32,000 nt of DNA from Ktedonobacterales bacterium (GTDB lineage Bacteria; Chloroflexota; Ktedonobacteria; Ktedonobacterales; JADMIN01). The notes under the pieces were generated by a model. That model worked only from the letters and a program-made list of their open reading frames with translations. It did not search any database and was not told the origin of the DNA. The translations under genes were made by a program, and so were the position numbers. Where the stretch lies: positions 450,001 to 482,000 of the forward strand of contig CP126532.1 of NCBI GenBank assembly GCA_030167145.1, written 5' to 3'. Positions 18,456 to 27,436 of this stretch are shown piece by piece. How positions within the stretch are numbered: the stretch's first letter is position 1; each line of letters begins with the position of its first letter.

Positions 18456-18573
18456 TCTCATTGTCCAAATTTAGTGGTTTCCTAACAAGTAAGGCACTTG
18501 TCTCGCGTGCGAGCCTCGCTCACGAGATGACGGCCAATCCAGATGGTATGTCGCATGGAAGGCTGAGGCAAGT

Positions 18574-19269
18574 TCAGGGGAGATGCGCTTCACCAGTTTC
18601 GGGTAAGCGCGCTTGTACGGCTTCCCATACCTGCTCAGCTAAGCTGGCAGGTGGCAGGGTTGCGTCGAAGACAAGCCAGCGTGCTGGTTCTGTTGCAGCA
18701 AGAGCAAGATATGCCGCGCGCACACGCTCGTGGAAGGCGATGGACTCGGCATCTATTCGATTCCACTCGCCGCCCGCACTGCGCGCATGTTGCCTGCGGC
18801 GCTGCCCTTCTTCGACTGGAAGATCGAATAGCAGGGTGAGATCAGGCATAAGTCCTCCGGTTGCCAAGCGTTCCGCCACGGTAATGTCGTTCAATGCGAA
18901 ACCACGCCCCGCACCTTGATATACACGGGTTGCGTCAGTATAGCGGTCACAGATGACAACTTCGCCTGTTGCCAACCACTTGCGAATGCGCGCCACATGT
19001 TGCGCGCGGGCGGCGGAGAGCAATAGCACTTCGGTGGTCGGCAACATTGGCTCAATTGGCTCATCACCCGAAGCCAGCCCCACGCCACGGAGAGCCGTCA
19101 GACTTGCATCGGGATGAAGCAGCACTGCGCGGATAGCGCCAGCTAGTGGTGTGCCACCAGGCTCGCGAGTCTGGCGCACTATGTAGCGCGCCACACGAAA
19201 TCGCTCAGCCAGGAGGATGGACTGTGTTGTCTTGCCAGCGCCTTCGCCGCCTTCCAAGGTAATGAACAT
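18574..19269 (-). CDS. tmk: Thymidylate (dTMP) kinase
   Basis: Starts MFITLEGGEGAGKTT (P-loop) and has the DRY motif (ICDRYTDAT). The ATG at 19269 lies 16 nt after the thyX stop. The upstream extension in the track ORF is not needed. Confidence 0.88.
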   Translation of the reverse strand: MFITLEGGEGAGKTTQSILLAERFRVARYIVRQTREPGGTPLAGAIRAVLLHPDASLTALRGVGLASGDEPIEPMLPTTEVLLLSAARAQHVARIRKWLATGEVVICDRYTDATRVYQGAGRGFALNDITVAERLATGGLMPDLTLLFDLPVEEGQRRRQHARSAGGEWNRIDAESIAFHERVRAAYLALAATEPARWLVFDATLPPASLAEQVWEAVQARLPETGEAHLP

Positions 19270-19285
19270 GTGGGTTATCCTGGTG

Positions 19286-20071
19286 CTACACCTTATAATG
19301 TGTCGCGTGTACCCCTTCGGTGCCATCGTTGAGACGCACGATCTCAAAGTCATCGAACAGGTGAGGCGCTTCCCGTTGCATCAGGCGGCAAAGCTTGACC
19401 GCAAGTTTGCGAATCTCGGGTTCTGCTCCGTCAGTGCCGCGCAGAGTGATAATCCAGCGCAACGCACGTGCATTGGCGGAGAAAAGTAGCTTGGTCTCGG
19501 TCGCGTTTGGCAGCACACTTCGCGCGGCTTCGCGCGCCATCTTCATTCTTTGGGTGCGCGGCAGGTCAGGAAATTGCTGCTGAACACGACTGGCAAGTTT
19601 CTCGACAAGGCTTATATATGCCTGGTGAGAGGCTTCGACAGCGTGTAGCCAGATTGTATGCGTCTCTGGATCCCCCGCAATAACTGCAGGTTCGATGAAG
19701 TCTGCTGTGGACTCATCTACATAGCGCTGGCTCAACTGAGAGATGCCAGTGCCAGCTCTGTGCCGCACGAGCTCATGTGTCAGGCTGCGTGATACACCTG
19801 TAATCAGCAGATCCCAGACGGCGTGCTCAAGTACCGAGCCGTGGCCCTGATTGATGAGGTTTCCGACATAGTCTTTGTTAGTTTTGCGAAACTGCTTATC
19901 GCCGAACGAAAGATAACACACTCTACCAGCCAGCTCAACGACCAGTTCAGAGCCGATTTCGGAATCAGTCTGCCAAGATGTCTCGTGATCGGTGAGGAAG
20001 CGCTGAACTTCAGCGTCATTGATGCTTTGGCGGCCAACGATGTAGATCTCTGGCTCACTGAGAATACGCAT
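19286..20071 (-). CDS. thyX: Flavin-dependent thymidylate synthase
   Basis: ThyX signature RHRxxSxxxxSxR (LVRHRAGTGISQLSQRY). The ATG at 20071 (MRILSEPEIY) is preceded by GGAG. Confidence 0.88.
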   Translation of the reverse strand: MRILSEPEIYIVGRQSINDAEVQRFLTDHETSWQTDSEIGSELVVELAGRVCYLSFGDKQFRKTNKDYVGNLINQGHGSVLEHAVWDLLITGVSRSLTHELVRHRAGTGISQLSQRYVDESTADFIEPAVIAGDPETHTIWLHAVEASHQAYISLVEKLASRVQQQFPDLPRTQRMKMAREAARSVLPNATETKLLFSANARALRWIITLRGTDGAEPEIRKLAVKLCRLMQREAPHLFDDFEIVRLNDGTEGVHATHYKV

Positions 20072-20191
20072 AGGTGAACTCCAATTGATGTGTTGAGCGA
20101 CAACAGCGCCTAGCGCGCACAGCATACCCGCCGGTATGATACCATGCGGCAGAGTAGTACCTGGCGACTAGCCTATGGAGAGGAGTTATAT

Positions 20192-20737
20192 ATGCCTGCG
20201 CGTCCGCGCCCTTCGTGGGATGACTACTTCATAAATATCGCCTGGGTGGTTGCAAGTCGGGCGAATTGCTTGCGCCGGGCGGTCGGCGCACTGATCGTGA
20301 TGGATAAACGCATTGTCAGCACAGGCTACAACGGGACACCATTTGGGGTGCTGAACTGTGATGAAGGTGGCTGCCCACGGTGCGCCTCAGATGTGCCAGC
20401 GCAGGCTGGGTATGACTGGTGCCTGTGCGTGCATGCCGAACAGAATGCCATTGCGCTGGCGGCACGCCAAGGAACCGCAACGGATGGAGCGTATCTCTTT
20501 GTCACGCTGCGCCCATGTTTCGGCTGCTTGAAAGAAGCCGTACAAGCTGGTATCCGAGAGATTGTGTACGACCAGTCGTTCGAGTATCACGCTGATCTCG
20601 AAGACGCCTATCAATCACTCCTACGGCAGTCTGGCGTCATGATGCGTCAGCACAACTACAGCGCTGCGCATTCAGTCCCGCCAGTTGCCACACACGCTAC
20701 GGGTGACATTGGTCCAGAAATGCCGACACAAGAATAA
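20192..20737 (+). CDS. dCMP deaminase (cytidine/deoxycytidylate deaminase zinc-binding family)
   Basis: CVHAEQNA and PCFGC zinc-ligand motifs, with an N-terminus SWDDYF typical of dCMP deaminases. The ATG at 20192 follows GGAGAGGAG. Confidence 0.85.
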   Translation: MPARPRPSWDDYFINIAWVVASRANCLRRAVGALIVMDKRIVSTGYNGTPFGVLNCDEGGCPRCASDVPAQAGYDWCLCVHAEQNAIALAARQGTATDGAYLFVTLRPCFGCLKEAVQAGIREIVYDQSFEYHADLEDAYQSLLRQSGVMMRQHNYSAAHSVPPVATHATGDIGPEMPTQE

Positions 20738-20748
20738 GTTCGCACCTG

Positions 20749-21078
20749 TCACCACCCCCAACCTAGCTCCCGTTTGCCGTCTTCCGTCATCATCGAAGGA
20801 TCCCACGGAGGATTCCAGACGATGCGAATCTCACCGCCATTGACGCCTGGCACCGTATCCAGCGCAGCCGAGACTCCCATGCCAATGGACTCATGCATCG
20901 GACAGCCAGGTGTCGTCAATGTCATTGTTACCAGCACCTTGCCGTCCGGCTCAGGGTCGATCCCGTAAATCAGTCCCAAATCCACAATATTGACGCCCAA
21001 TTCTGGGTCATACACATTTTTCAGTGCCTCGAGAATCAGGGTGCGGGTCATCTCCGTCATCTCTTCATCTTGTGTCAT
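20749..21078 (-). CDS. DUF59 / MIP18-family Fe-S cluster assembly protein (SufT/PaaD-like)
   Basis: VYDPELGVNIVDLGLIY and TLTTPGCPM. The ATG at 21078 is preceded by AGGAG, so the GTG start at 21099 in the track is less likely. Confidence 0.8.
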   Translation of the reverse strand: MTQDEEMTEMTRTLILEALKNVYDPELGVNIVDLGLIYGIDPEPDGKVLVTMTLTTPGCPMHESIGMGVSAALDTVPGVNGGEIRIVWNPPWDPSMMTEDGKRELGWGW

Positions 21079-21254
21079 ATGCGCGCTCCTCTGTGTCACT
21101 CACCTGCGAGAAGCATAGCGCCGCCATCTGATACATGGCTGCGACAAAAGTCGCGGCATGAGTAATAATCTCTGCGGCATAGTGCATTACGGCAGTTCGG
21201 GATTGGCCTGAACCGCCAGAGCAATCGCAGGAAAGTTGGAGGATCTTTCTCAAT

Positions 21255-21506
21255 ATGGCAACACAATCTGACGCGACGACCCTGGATGTACGGGCAATGG
21301 TTCCACGCGACCGGCATCCTCTCATCTTCTCGAAGCTCGATGCCCTCAAGCCTGGCGAGGCAGTGCTGCTGGTCAATGACCACGACCCCAAGCCTCTGCG
21401 CTACCAACTCATGGCCGAGCGAGAGGGTCTCTTCGACTGGGCGCCCGAACAAGAGGGACCAGACGAATGGATCATTCGTATCACGCGGTTAGGGGCGGCA
21501 CAATAA
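21255..21506 (+). CDS. DUF2249-domain protein
   Basis: An 83-aa protein with LDVR...RHPLIF....L.PGE...LVNDHDPKPL.YQ, the pattern I associate with DUF2249. Confidence 0.7.
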   Translation: MATQSDATTLDVRAMVPRDRHPLIFSKLDALKPGEAVLLVNDHDPKPLRYQLMAEREGLFDWAPEQEGPDEWIIRITRLGAAQ

Positions 21507-21580
21507 CTTGCGTGTAGCAATACGGTCAGGCTGGACGGTTTCGCATCGGGTTGCCGTTCAGTCTGGCAAGGAGAATATCA

Positions 21581-22021
21581 ATGGCACAGACAGCGAAAAC
21601 TAGGGCAGAGAACGAACAATTGCAAGACGGCGACATCGTCGTGCTCGATCTGCGTGAACTCGCCGAATATAAGGACAGCGGCCCAGGTGTGCGCATTCTC
21701 TCAGACACTGGCGCATCGCGCGTCGTACTTTTCACGTTTAAGGCTAGGCAAACGCTGAAAGAGCATACTACCTCCAGTCAGATTCTCGTGCAGACGCTAC
21801 GCGGCTCCATCACGTTCACTGCGCATGAGAAGAGCGTCCGCGCGAGGACAGGCGTACTCATCGAATTGGAGGCGCGCGTGCCACATAGCATCCTTGCGCA
21901 CACCAACGCCGTCGTACTCGTCACGATGACACCTAGCCCTGCACATCACACGCTAGAACACGAGGTATTCGAGAAGCTCACACCGCTCGTCGTCCGCGCG
22001 CCAGAGACGCAAGATTTGTAG
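21581..22021 (+). CDS. Cupin-domain protein
   Basis: The ATG at 21581 follows AGGAGA. Has a two-motif beta-barrel pattern (KEHTTSSQILVQTLRGSITF ... GVLIELEARVPHSILA). Confidence 0.6.
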   Translation: MAQTAKTRAENEQLQDGDIVVLDLRELAEYKDSGPGVRILSDTGASRVVLFTFKARQTLKEHTTSSQILVQTLRGSITFTAHEKSVRARTGVLIELEARVPHSILAHTNAVVLVTMTPSPAHHTLEHEVFEKLTPLVVRAPETQDL

Positions 22022-22082
22022 GGAAGAAGACATGATGTGTTCCTCCCGATTACACATGGTATTCGCAAGGACCTGGAGATAG

Positions 22083-22556
22083 CTATTCTTCGGGCTTAAT
22101 GCGAAATGGCGACGCAGGATCGTCAAGAATCAGGCGCATCAGTTCGTCATCAGGTTCCAGATCGCTCATATTTGCGCCTGAGAAGATGCTGTCGCGCCCC
22201 TCTTCGGTCAGGTCTGTGGTGGGGTTCCAGCCAAAGCGCTTCATATCAATCCGCCCGGCCTCGTTGAACGTGATACCCTCGTGCTCCAGTAGGGCGCGCA
22301 TGCGCCCCCGCTGCCCAAACGCCCAGCTTCCGGTCAGTTCGCCTTTGCTGTTCACCACGCGCTGTGCTGGAATCTGCCCCGCATGGGGCGATTTGTTCAT
22401 GATCCAGCCGACCACCCGCGCGGCTTTCGGTTGTCCTATGGCCGCAGCCAGCCAGCCATATGTCGTCACCTTGCCAGGCGGGCAGGCACGCACCAGCGCA
22501 TAGACTTTTGCACCCATCGCTGCCACATCATCGCGTGTCATCGGCGCCTCCGCCAT
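22083..22556 (-). CDS. MGMT-fold alkyltransferase-like (ATL) protein lacking the acceptor cysteine
   Basis: DNA-binding-domain motifs VPPGKVTTYG-like (CPPGKVTTYGWLA) and ARVVGW. The PCHRV active site reads IPAQRVV. GAGGAGG RBS. Confidence 0.75.
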   Translation of the reverse strand: MAEAPMTRDDVAAMGAKVYALVRACPPGKVTTYGWLAAAIGQPKAARVVGWIMNKSPHAGQIPAQRVVNSKGELTGSWAFGQRGRMRALLEHEGITFNEAGRIDMKRFGWNPTTDLTEEGRDSIFSGANMSDLEPDDELMRLILDDPASPFRIKPEE

Positions 22557-22791
22557 CGTCGAGCCTCCTCGCCGCCATATTCTCGCGCTCGTAGCGCGCT
22601 CGCAAGTGACTTCTGAGCCTCATAGAGAGTGTAGCACCGGTCTACCTCAACATGCAGAATAGCTTGGCGCGCACATCACAAATGTGCGGAATGAGAAGGC
22701 TCACGACCAACATACCAACCACCCTTCCCAAAATGTGATACCATGCTATCCCGTGCGATAACACCGGATGATAGAGAGCAGGAGCGCAACT

Positions 22792-23382
22792 ATGGCGGAC
22801 GTGACATATCTCTCGCAGATCCCACTCTTCGAGGAACTTCGTGGCGAGCATATCATCGTTCGCCCTTACCGCGAAGTGGATGCAGTGGATCACTACGCCG
22901 CAATAGACGAGTCGCGCGAGCATTGCCGTCCCTGGCTGCCCTGGCCCGACTACTACCACTCCATCGAGGATTCACGTGACTACATCGCACGGTGCCGGGC
23001 ACGCTGGATCGTGCGAGAAGATTTGTCGGTGGGCATCTTCGACGTGGAAAATGGGCGGTTCCTTGGCGGAAGCGGCCTGCACCCGCGCAACTGGGACGCG
23101 CGTATCTTCGAGATCGGCTACTGGCTGCGCAGTTCAGCCGAAGGGCATGGCTACATGTCCGAAACCGTGAAACTCCTCACCGACTATGCTTTTGCTGATC
23201 TGCACGCGAACCGTGTGTACATTCGCTGTGACGCGCGCAACACGCGCAGCGCGGCGGTCGCTCAGCGGCTCGGCTTCGTGCGCGAGGCGCTGCTGCGAAA
23301 CGATGCACTCGCCAACGATGGCACAGTGCGCGATACGCTGGTCTTCTCCCTTACCCCTGATGACCCACGCTGGCCATCGTAA
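22792..23382 (+). CDS. GNAT N-acetyltransferase (RimJ/RimL-like)
   Basis: N-terminal L.G..I.vRPy...D and C-terminal N.RS.AVAQRLGF.REA patterns. The ATG at 22792 is preceded by GGAG. Confidence 0.8.
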   Translation: MADVTYLSQIPLFEELRGEHIIVRPYREVDAVDHYAAIDESREHCRPWLPWPDYYHSIEDSRDYIARCRARWIVREDLSVGIFDVENGRFLGGSGLHPRNWDARIFEIGYWLRSSAEGHGYMSETVKLLTDYAFADLHANRVYIRCDARNTRSAAVAQRLGFVREALLRNDALANDGTVRDTLVFSLTPDDPRWPS

Positions 23383-23394
23383 ATTCCAATCAAG

Positions 23395-23420
23395 GCTCCC
23401 CGCACGCGTGCGGGGAGCCG
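23395..23420. terminator. Perfect 26-nt GC-rich palindrome between convergent genes
   Basis: GGCTCCCCGCACGCGTGCGGGGAGCC. Confidence 0.6.
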
Positions 23421-23445
23421 AGGTACGGATAGATGCCAGGCTGCG

Positions 23446-23667
23446 CTAAATCTTGTTGATCGTCTTGCCCATAAACTTCCCGAAGAGCTTATAGGCGAAT
23501 TTGCGGAAGAAGTAGCGCCTGATGCGTCTGGAATTGCCGCTCGCAAGCACCTCGGCAGCATAGATTGTGCTATCCACCTTGTGCGCGGCACGCGCCGCCT
23601 TGTGCTCCTCTGCCGCTGCGTGTTTCAGTTCATGCCCAGCGCCGCTACTCTTGGATGTCTTCGCCAT
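23446..23667 (-). CDS. Small basic hypothetical protein (73 aa)
   Basis: AGGAGGAG RBS 7 nt upstream. His/Lys/Ala-rich N-terminus and a cationic amphipathic C-terminus (RRIRRYFFRKFAYKLFGKFMGKTINKI). Confidence 0.55.
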   Translation of the reverse strand: MAKTSKSSGAGHELKHAAAEEHKAARAAHKVDSTIYAAEVLASGNSRRIRRYFFRKFAYKLFGKFMGKTINKI

Positions 23668-23918
23668 AACGGTTCGTCTCCTCCTGGCACTGAGGCCAAT
23701 CCAGACTTATCACACGGCCAATTACGTTCATCGCGAACGCTTGCCATAGTAGCCAGCGAGGAGTCACTTGTCAAAGCAGCGCGCTGTTGGTACTGCCTAA
23801 GGAAGGACCATTGGCAGTTTGCCATCAGGAAGCACGAACAAACGACAGCGTCAGAGATTGCCTCATATGCCAGCCAGCCTGAGCATCATCCAACGGCGTG
23901 GTGCTGGAGGAAACAGAT

Positions 23919-25679
23919 TCACGCCATAATGGGCAGCGCCAAGTACGATGGGTGCTCGGCATCGTGCGCGAGAGACTGCCGCGCGGTCCGCATCTCCGTC
24001 GCCGCCGCACTGTCCATTCCCGTGTTCAGATTTCGCTCCCATCTCGGAAAACTGCTGCTGGTCACGTCAAGCCGAATCCGATGGCCTGGCAAAAACACCA
24101 AGCTAGTTGCCCACAAATCTACCTCAATCCGATAGAAGGTTCCGGCTTCGAGTGGTTCTTCGCGCGCTTCCATGCCATTTCGATGCCGCATACGCACAAT
24201 GCCATCCGTCACCGTAATGGCCATGCCATCTGGGTAAACATCTACCAGCCGCGCCACGAAATCCGTATCCGGCGCATCGCTTGCCACATACAACGCCGCG
24301 CTCACCGCTCCCGTCACTTCAAGCGGCTGCTCCAATGGCGCTGAGGTGTACACCAACACATCATGCCGCTGCTCCACCACACGCTGATCGCGTGGTCCTG
24401 GCCGCAGCACTGATGGCAACAGCGTCGCGCCGCCAACTGTCGGCACTGGATTGGCAGGATCATAGGTAAAGCTATCCGTCACCTCGTCCGCAGGCTGCTC
24501 ATTGCTCAACTGCCCATCTCCAGATGCCGTATTCGCATGGCCTGCGCTATGGAGATACCAGTGTGCTACGGTTGCGCCTTCTGGTGGCCAGGACTTGCTC
24601 GTTTTCCAAACGTTGGCGCCCATAACAAAATACTTCACGACAGGCATCTCGGCGAATGTGGTGGCTAGTCCCTTCAGCGCGTAATCGAAGAACTGAATTT
24701 GCAGGCTCATCAAATCAATCCGCAAGTCCATCAAAGCGCCAGAAGATGCGAAGCCAAAATCCAAGTCCCCCTGGACACGATTGACATTGCCGTGTGTCCA
24801 TGGCCCAATCACCAACCACTGTCGCTGGTGCCCTCGGTTGCGCATTTCCTGGAAATTGCGAAGCGTGCCTCCGAGGAACAAGTCATACCAGCCACCAATA
24901 TGCAGCACAGGCAACTCAAGCTCATAAGCCCGTGCGATCCGGCCAGCAGCAACCACATCTGCTTCATCCCGCGCTGCGATGAATATCCGATTCGGCGCAT
25001 CTAACCCGGTGCGTGCCAGCGGCCCAAAGCTGGCTAGCGGCAACTCTCCATACCCAGACGTAGGTAGCGCATCTACTTCTCGCGCCAACCCATAGATAGC
25101 TCGCCCCATTGCTTCGGCATTGCCTCGATACCGGCGAACCATCTGATCGAATCCCATCTCAAGTGCCCATCCCACGCTCGCGCCCAGTTCGAGGACACCA
25201 TTGCGCCACAGTACCCCCGCGTCAGGCGCATCGAGATCATTCCAGGTCTGCATCGGCGCTATCGCTCGTAGTGCTGGCGGGTGCTGGCTTGCCGCTGCCC
25301 ACTGCGTGAACCCAAAATATGAGACGCCATACATTCCCACACGACCATCCGCACCGGGAAGCTGCGCCGCCCATGCAACCGTATCAAAACCGTCCTGGGC
25401 TTCATGCAAGAGCGGCGACCAATCTCCTTCCGAGGCGCCTGTTCCGCGCACATCCTGCACAACCACGATATAGCCGCGTCGCGCCGCCTGCTCTGGTAGC
25501 AGCGCGCTCACTCCGGCGGGCAAATCCTTCCCGTAGGGCATGCGTGTTAGCAACACAGGATATGAGCCTGTGCCGCCATCGTCGGGCTGGTACACATTGG
25601 CGTGCAACACCGTGCCATCACGCATGATTGACGGAACATTATAGGTAACGCGCACACCATTCTGAATACCTGGCTGCAT
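23919..25679 (-). CDS. CocE/NonD-family (X-Pro dipeptidyl-peptidase S15-like) alpha/beta hydrolase
   Basis: MRDG..L.A.vY.P, TR.PYGKD, the nucleophile elbow GVSYFG, and a C-terminal jelly-roll ending in FPRWERNLNTG. AGGAGG RBS. Confidence 0.85.
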   Translation of the reverse strand: MQPGIQNGVRVTYNVPSIMRDGTVLHANVYQPDDGGTGSYPVLLTRMPYGKDLPAGVSALLPEQAARRGYIVVVQDVRGTGASEGDWSPLLHEAQDGFDTVAWAAQLPGADGRVGMYGVSYFGFTQWAAASQHPPALRAIAPMQTWNDLDAPDAGVLWRNGVLELGASVGWALEMGFDQMVRRYRGNAEAMGRAIYGLAREVDALPTSGYGELPLASFGPLARTGLDAPNRIFIAARDEADVVAAGRIARAYELELPVLHIGGWYDLFLGGTLRNFQEMRNRGHQRQWLVIGPWTHGNVNRVQGDLDFGFASSGALMDLRIDLMSLQIQFFDYALKGLATTFAEMPVVKYFVMGANVWKTSKSWPPEGATVAHWYLHSAGHANTASGDGQLSNEQPADEVTDSFTYDPANPVPTVGGATLLPSVLRPGPRDQRVVEQRHDVLVYTSAPLEQPLEVTGAVSAALYVASDAPDTDFVARLVDVYPDGMAITVTDGIVRMRHRNGMEAREEPLEAGTFYRIEVDLWATSLVFLPGHRIRLDVTSSSFPRWERNLNTGMDSAAATEMRTARQSLAHDAEHPSYLALPIMA

Positions 25680-25828
25680 AGGAACCTCCTACAGCAAGGG
25701 CGCTAGCACGTCTTAAAGGGCCACCACTTACATGGGCCATACCCGCATTATGAAGGATACCAGAATAGCGAAGGAGACGGCTCGTAATGAGCCGTCTCCT
25801 TGGAAGCACCTGATAGAGTAGCGCCAAA

Positions 25829-26239
25829 TCACCCAATTTGGCTCTCAAGTTTGGAGAAGAATCCGCCAACTTGGCCGTCAATCATCCCCTTCACCATATT
25901 CAGCGTCAAGCCGATAGGTCCCGGAGCATCGGCGGTAGCGCCATAGGTCAATACTGTCCCAGCGCCATCTGCGGCAAGCTCAACCGTCAATGCGGCATTC
26001 ACGCCACCCCGGCTGATAGCAATCTTCATACGGTTGGGAGCAGACTGCTCTACGACCTGCGCCGTGCCCGACCCCTTGATTGGGCCAATGCCACCCGAGA
26101 AGGTAATAGCGCTATCACCCTGCCATGCCACACTATCCACGTTCGGCAAGGAGTTCTTCAGAATCGTGTCATTGTGCAATGCGGCCCAGACTGCCTGCGG
26201 CGCAGCCGAAGCAAACCGATGGGACCCACTGAGTTCCAT
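25829..26239 (-). CDS. SRPBCC / CoxG-like protein
   Basis: Starts MELSGSHRFASAAPQAVWAALHNDTILKNSLP, typical of CoxG-family proteins. The ATG at 26239 has GAGGAAGGG upstream. Confidence 0.75.
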   Translation of the reverse strand: MELSGSHRFASAAPQAVWAALHNDTILKNSLPNVDSVAWQGDSAITFSGGIGPIKGSGTAQVVEQSAPNRMKIAISRGGVNAALTVELAADGAGTVLTYGATADAPGPIGLTLNMVKGMIDGQVGGFFSKLESQIG

Positions 26240-26421
26240 GAAAGTCGTTCCCTTCCTCAAACTGGTCTTCTATGCGCGCCCACCCACTCCAAACTTCAGG
26301 CGGACCTTGCGCCTACGACTTCGCACGCCGAAGGCGGCGATTCCGCGACATTATACCGATAGCCCAGCCACTACGCAACCCCCATATTGTGCCATCGTTG
26401 CGTCGCGGGATCTGAGCTAGC

Positions 26422-27222
26422 TCAAATCGAGGGCGTCGCACCGCCATCCAGGATAACATCTTCACCAGTCATAGCTGGCAGCCTATCGGACGCGAGAAGC
26501 ACAGCCAGAGAGGCTATCTCATCCATCGTCACGAGGCGTCGTAGTGGAATGGCGCGCGCTTCTCTTCGCTCAATCTCTTCTACACTCACGCCCTCCGCCG
26601 CCGCCTGCAACTCGAATTTGCGCTGGAGCCATTCGGTCAGCGTCCATCCGGGGCTTATCGAGTTTATACGCACGTTGTTGCGCCCCAATGAACGCGAGAT
26701 GCCTCGCGTGAAATTCAAAAGTGCGGCATTCACCATACTCCCGACGATAAAATCCTCGGTTGGCGTGCGGGCTGCTGTGCCGATGATATTGATGATGCTG
26801 CCGCTCTTGCGCTCCATCATGTGGGGCGCTATCGCGCGCACCATCCGCACATAGCCAAAGGCTTTTACCTGCCAGATGTCTTGAAGATGTTCCTCGGACA
26901 TATCAAAAAAGCTGCCCGTATGTGCGCGACCAGCATTGTTGACTAGAATATCTACGTGGCCCAAACGTTCGATAGCTTGGGCAACCACACGCTCCACCTC
27001 GGCCCGTATCCCCAAATCCGCGACGATTGGATATACTGCTGGTCGTGGCGTCTGGCCAACCTGCGCTCCCAGGGTCCGTGTCATTGGATCGAGGCGCTCC
27101 AACGATCGCGCGACCAGCACCATTGACACGCCTTCTGTGTGCAGCGCGCGTGCAATCGCCGCTCCGATCCCCTGACTCGCCCCCGTGACAATCGCGGTCT
27201 TTCCCCGAAGTCCTAAATCCAT
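26422..27222 (-). CDS. Short-chain dehydrogenase/reductase (SDR)
   Basis: TGASQGIG cofactor motif and NNAG. AGGAG RBS. Confidence 0.88.
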   Translation of the reverse strand: MDLGLRGKTAIVTGASQGIGAAIARALHTEGVSMVLVARSLERLDPMTRTLGAQVGQTPRPAVYPIVADLGIRAEVERVVAQAIERLGHVDILVNNAGRAHTGSFFDMSEEHLQDIWQVKAFGYVRMVRAIAPHMMERKSGSIINIIGTAARTPTEDFIVGSMVNAALLNFTRGISRSLGRNNVRINSISPGWTLTEWLQRKFELQAAAEGVSVEEIERREARAIPLRRLVTMDEIASLAVLLASDRLPAMTGEDVILDGGATPSI

Positions 27223-27436
27223 GTAGAAGCTCCTGCGTCTCTAAATCTTCCGAATCCAGTCTATCACGTTCCCAGCGTGCGCTATTGCAAGGAAAAAGGT
27301 GGATCGTGAGAACTAGAGCAAAACGCAACTATGCCCTTGCACCAGTGTTCAGCCTCACTATAATGTACGCAATAGCATATTGTCACATCTCAACCGCAAC
27401 CGGCGCAAACGCTATCCGCGCGTAAGGAGCGACCAG

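Noticed and set aside
21096-21452. 118-aa minus-strand ORF
   Set aside because: It overlaps the DUF59 start region and is antisense to the DUF2249 gene. It has no RBS or motif.
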